64,000 bases of DNA from Camelus dromedarius (Eukaryota). The position numbers and the translations under genes were made by a program. The first letter of the stretch is position 1, and the number at the start of each line of letters is the position of its first letter. The stretch is from positions 105,526,001 through 105,590,000 of the forward strand of contig NC_087437.1 in assembly GCF_036321535.1 (NCBI RefSeq), in the 5' to 3' direction. The notes under the pieces were generated by a model that worked only from the letters and a program-made list of their open reading frames with translations, was not told the origin of the DNA and searched no databases. Below, one piece after another: positions 62,941 to 64,000 of this stretch.

Positions 62941-64000
62941 GCTCTGGATGCGTAGAATAGACAGAGGGTCCCTTCTCTGCTGAGGCACTCCCACAGGCAT
63001 CGACTCAGCACGTGGACAGCGTCTATGTAAGGAGTACAAGGGGCCCCTTCTTCTCAGAGTAGCCAACCCCGCTGCCCGCTGAATGGAGCTGAAGCTAGAT
63101 TTCGGCCCTAACCTGCCCTCTTCACTGGAAGCCTTTTACACTGCATCACTCAGCTGTACACACTGATCTTACATTGTGGTCACCGGGAACAAGGCGCTAG
63201 AGTGGTAAAGAAAAAAGCATGTCTTTGGTTTGGTACTTGCAACTGGACTGACTTCCAAAGTCTAGCAGAAGAGATGGAAAAAGTTTAGGGACAGTGTTAT
63301 CTCTTGTGTGAGCTACCTTTTTAAGGTAGAGCTATCTTTTAAAGAACAATCTGCACTTTACTAAAAGTAATAAGATAGAAAAAAAAAAAAAACTTCGTAT
63401 GTTTCCAACCATTTTTGCTGAAAGATGAAGCTCTGTTGGTATATGGCCTGTCCTACAAAGGATGGTGACATGATTACCATGACTTATCGGAGGTCACCAA
63501 CTCCGGCAGCAATGGCTATGTCCTTCCTTGCTCAGCTTTCTGCCTGTTCTACTAGGATAGCCCATATTGTTTTTATTTTTTTGTTCAGAATTTTTCTACA
63601 TCTTTCTCCTAAATTCTTTATTGGTTGGGATATGAGCTAGGCTATTTGCATAAGAGACTACAAAACATAGGAACTTGAACAGTGTTTAGAATTTGTTTCA
63701 TTCTTACATGACGGTTATGTCGGTGGGCAGAGGCAGGTATGGAAACTTGATGGTGTGAGGAGGCAGATCACCTGTAAAATGGGTTATGGGTTTACTTGGT
63801 GGAGGTTAAGTCAACACAAAACCTGTGTCTCCGTCTGTAGATGGGGAAAGAGAAGGGAAGGTACACCCTTTCATTCTAAAGGCATTTCCCAGAAGCTGCA
63901 CACATTTCTTACGCTCTAATGCAAGAAGGCTAGACATTTTAATCTGTAGTGGGCATTTGTGTACCCTATTAAAAGTACCTTTACTAAAAATAGAGAAGAA

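Overview
This is AT-rich, CpG-poor mammalian non-coding DNA (gene desert or large intron). I recognise no protein-coding gene, RNA gene, CRISPR array or prokaryotic system. The ORF track is explained by chance ORFs, microsatellite read-through, and decayed L1 ORF2 and ERVL dUTPase fragments. The window holds L1 (old L1MB/MC/ME and younger 3' ends), L2, MIR, ERV1/ERVL/MaLR LTRs, hAT and Tigger MITEs, and microsatellites. The youngest L1 3' ends match the camelid type as I recall it, and I saw no ruminant, pig or cetacean SINEs, so the host is probably a camelid (inference). Repeat names come from recalled consensus sequences, not a database search, so subfamilies and most boundaries are approximate. 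I found no evidence of a new biological system. The best leads are modest: an apparently chimeric TSD-flanked L1 insertion, a 360-bp pure-purine tract with AAGGG/AAAGG blocks, a 30/30/40-bp higher-order repeat, a fossil dUTPase, a compressed REST-like site, an enhancer-like Pbx/Hox/Meis block, a perfect hairpin, and several unverified exon candidates.
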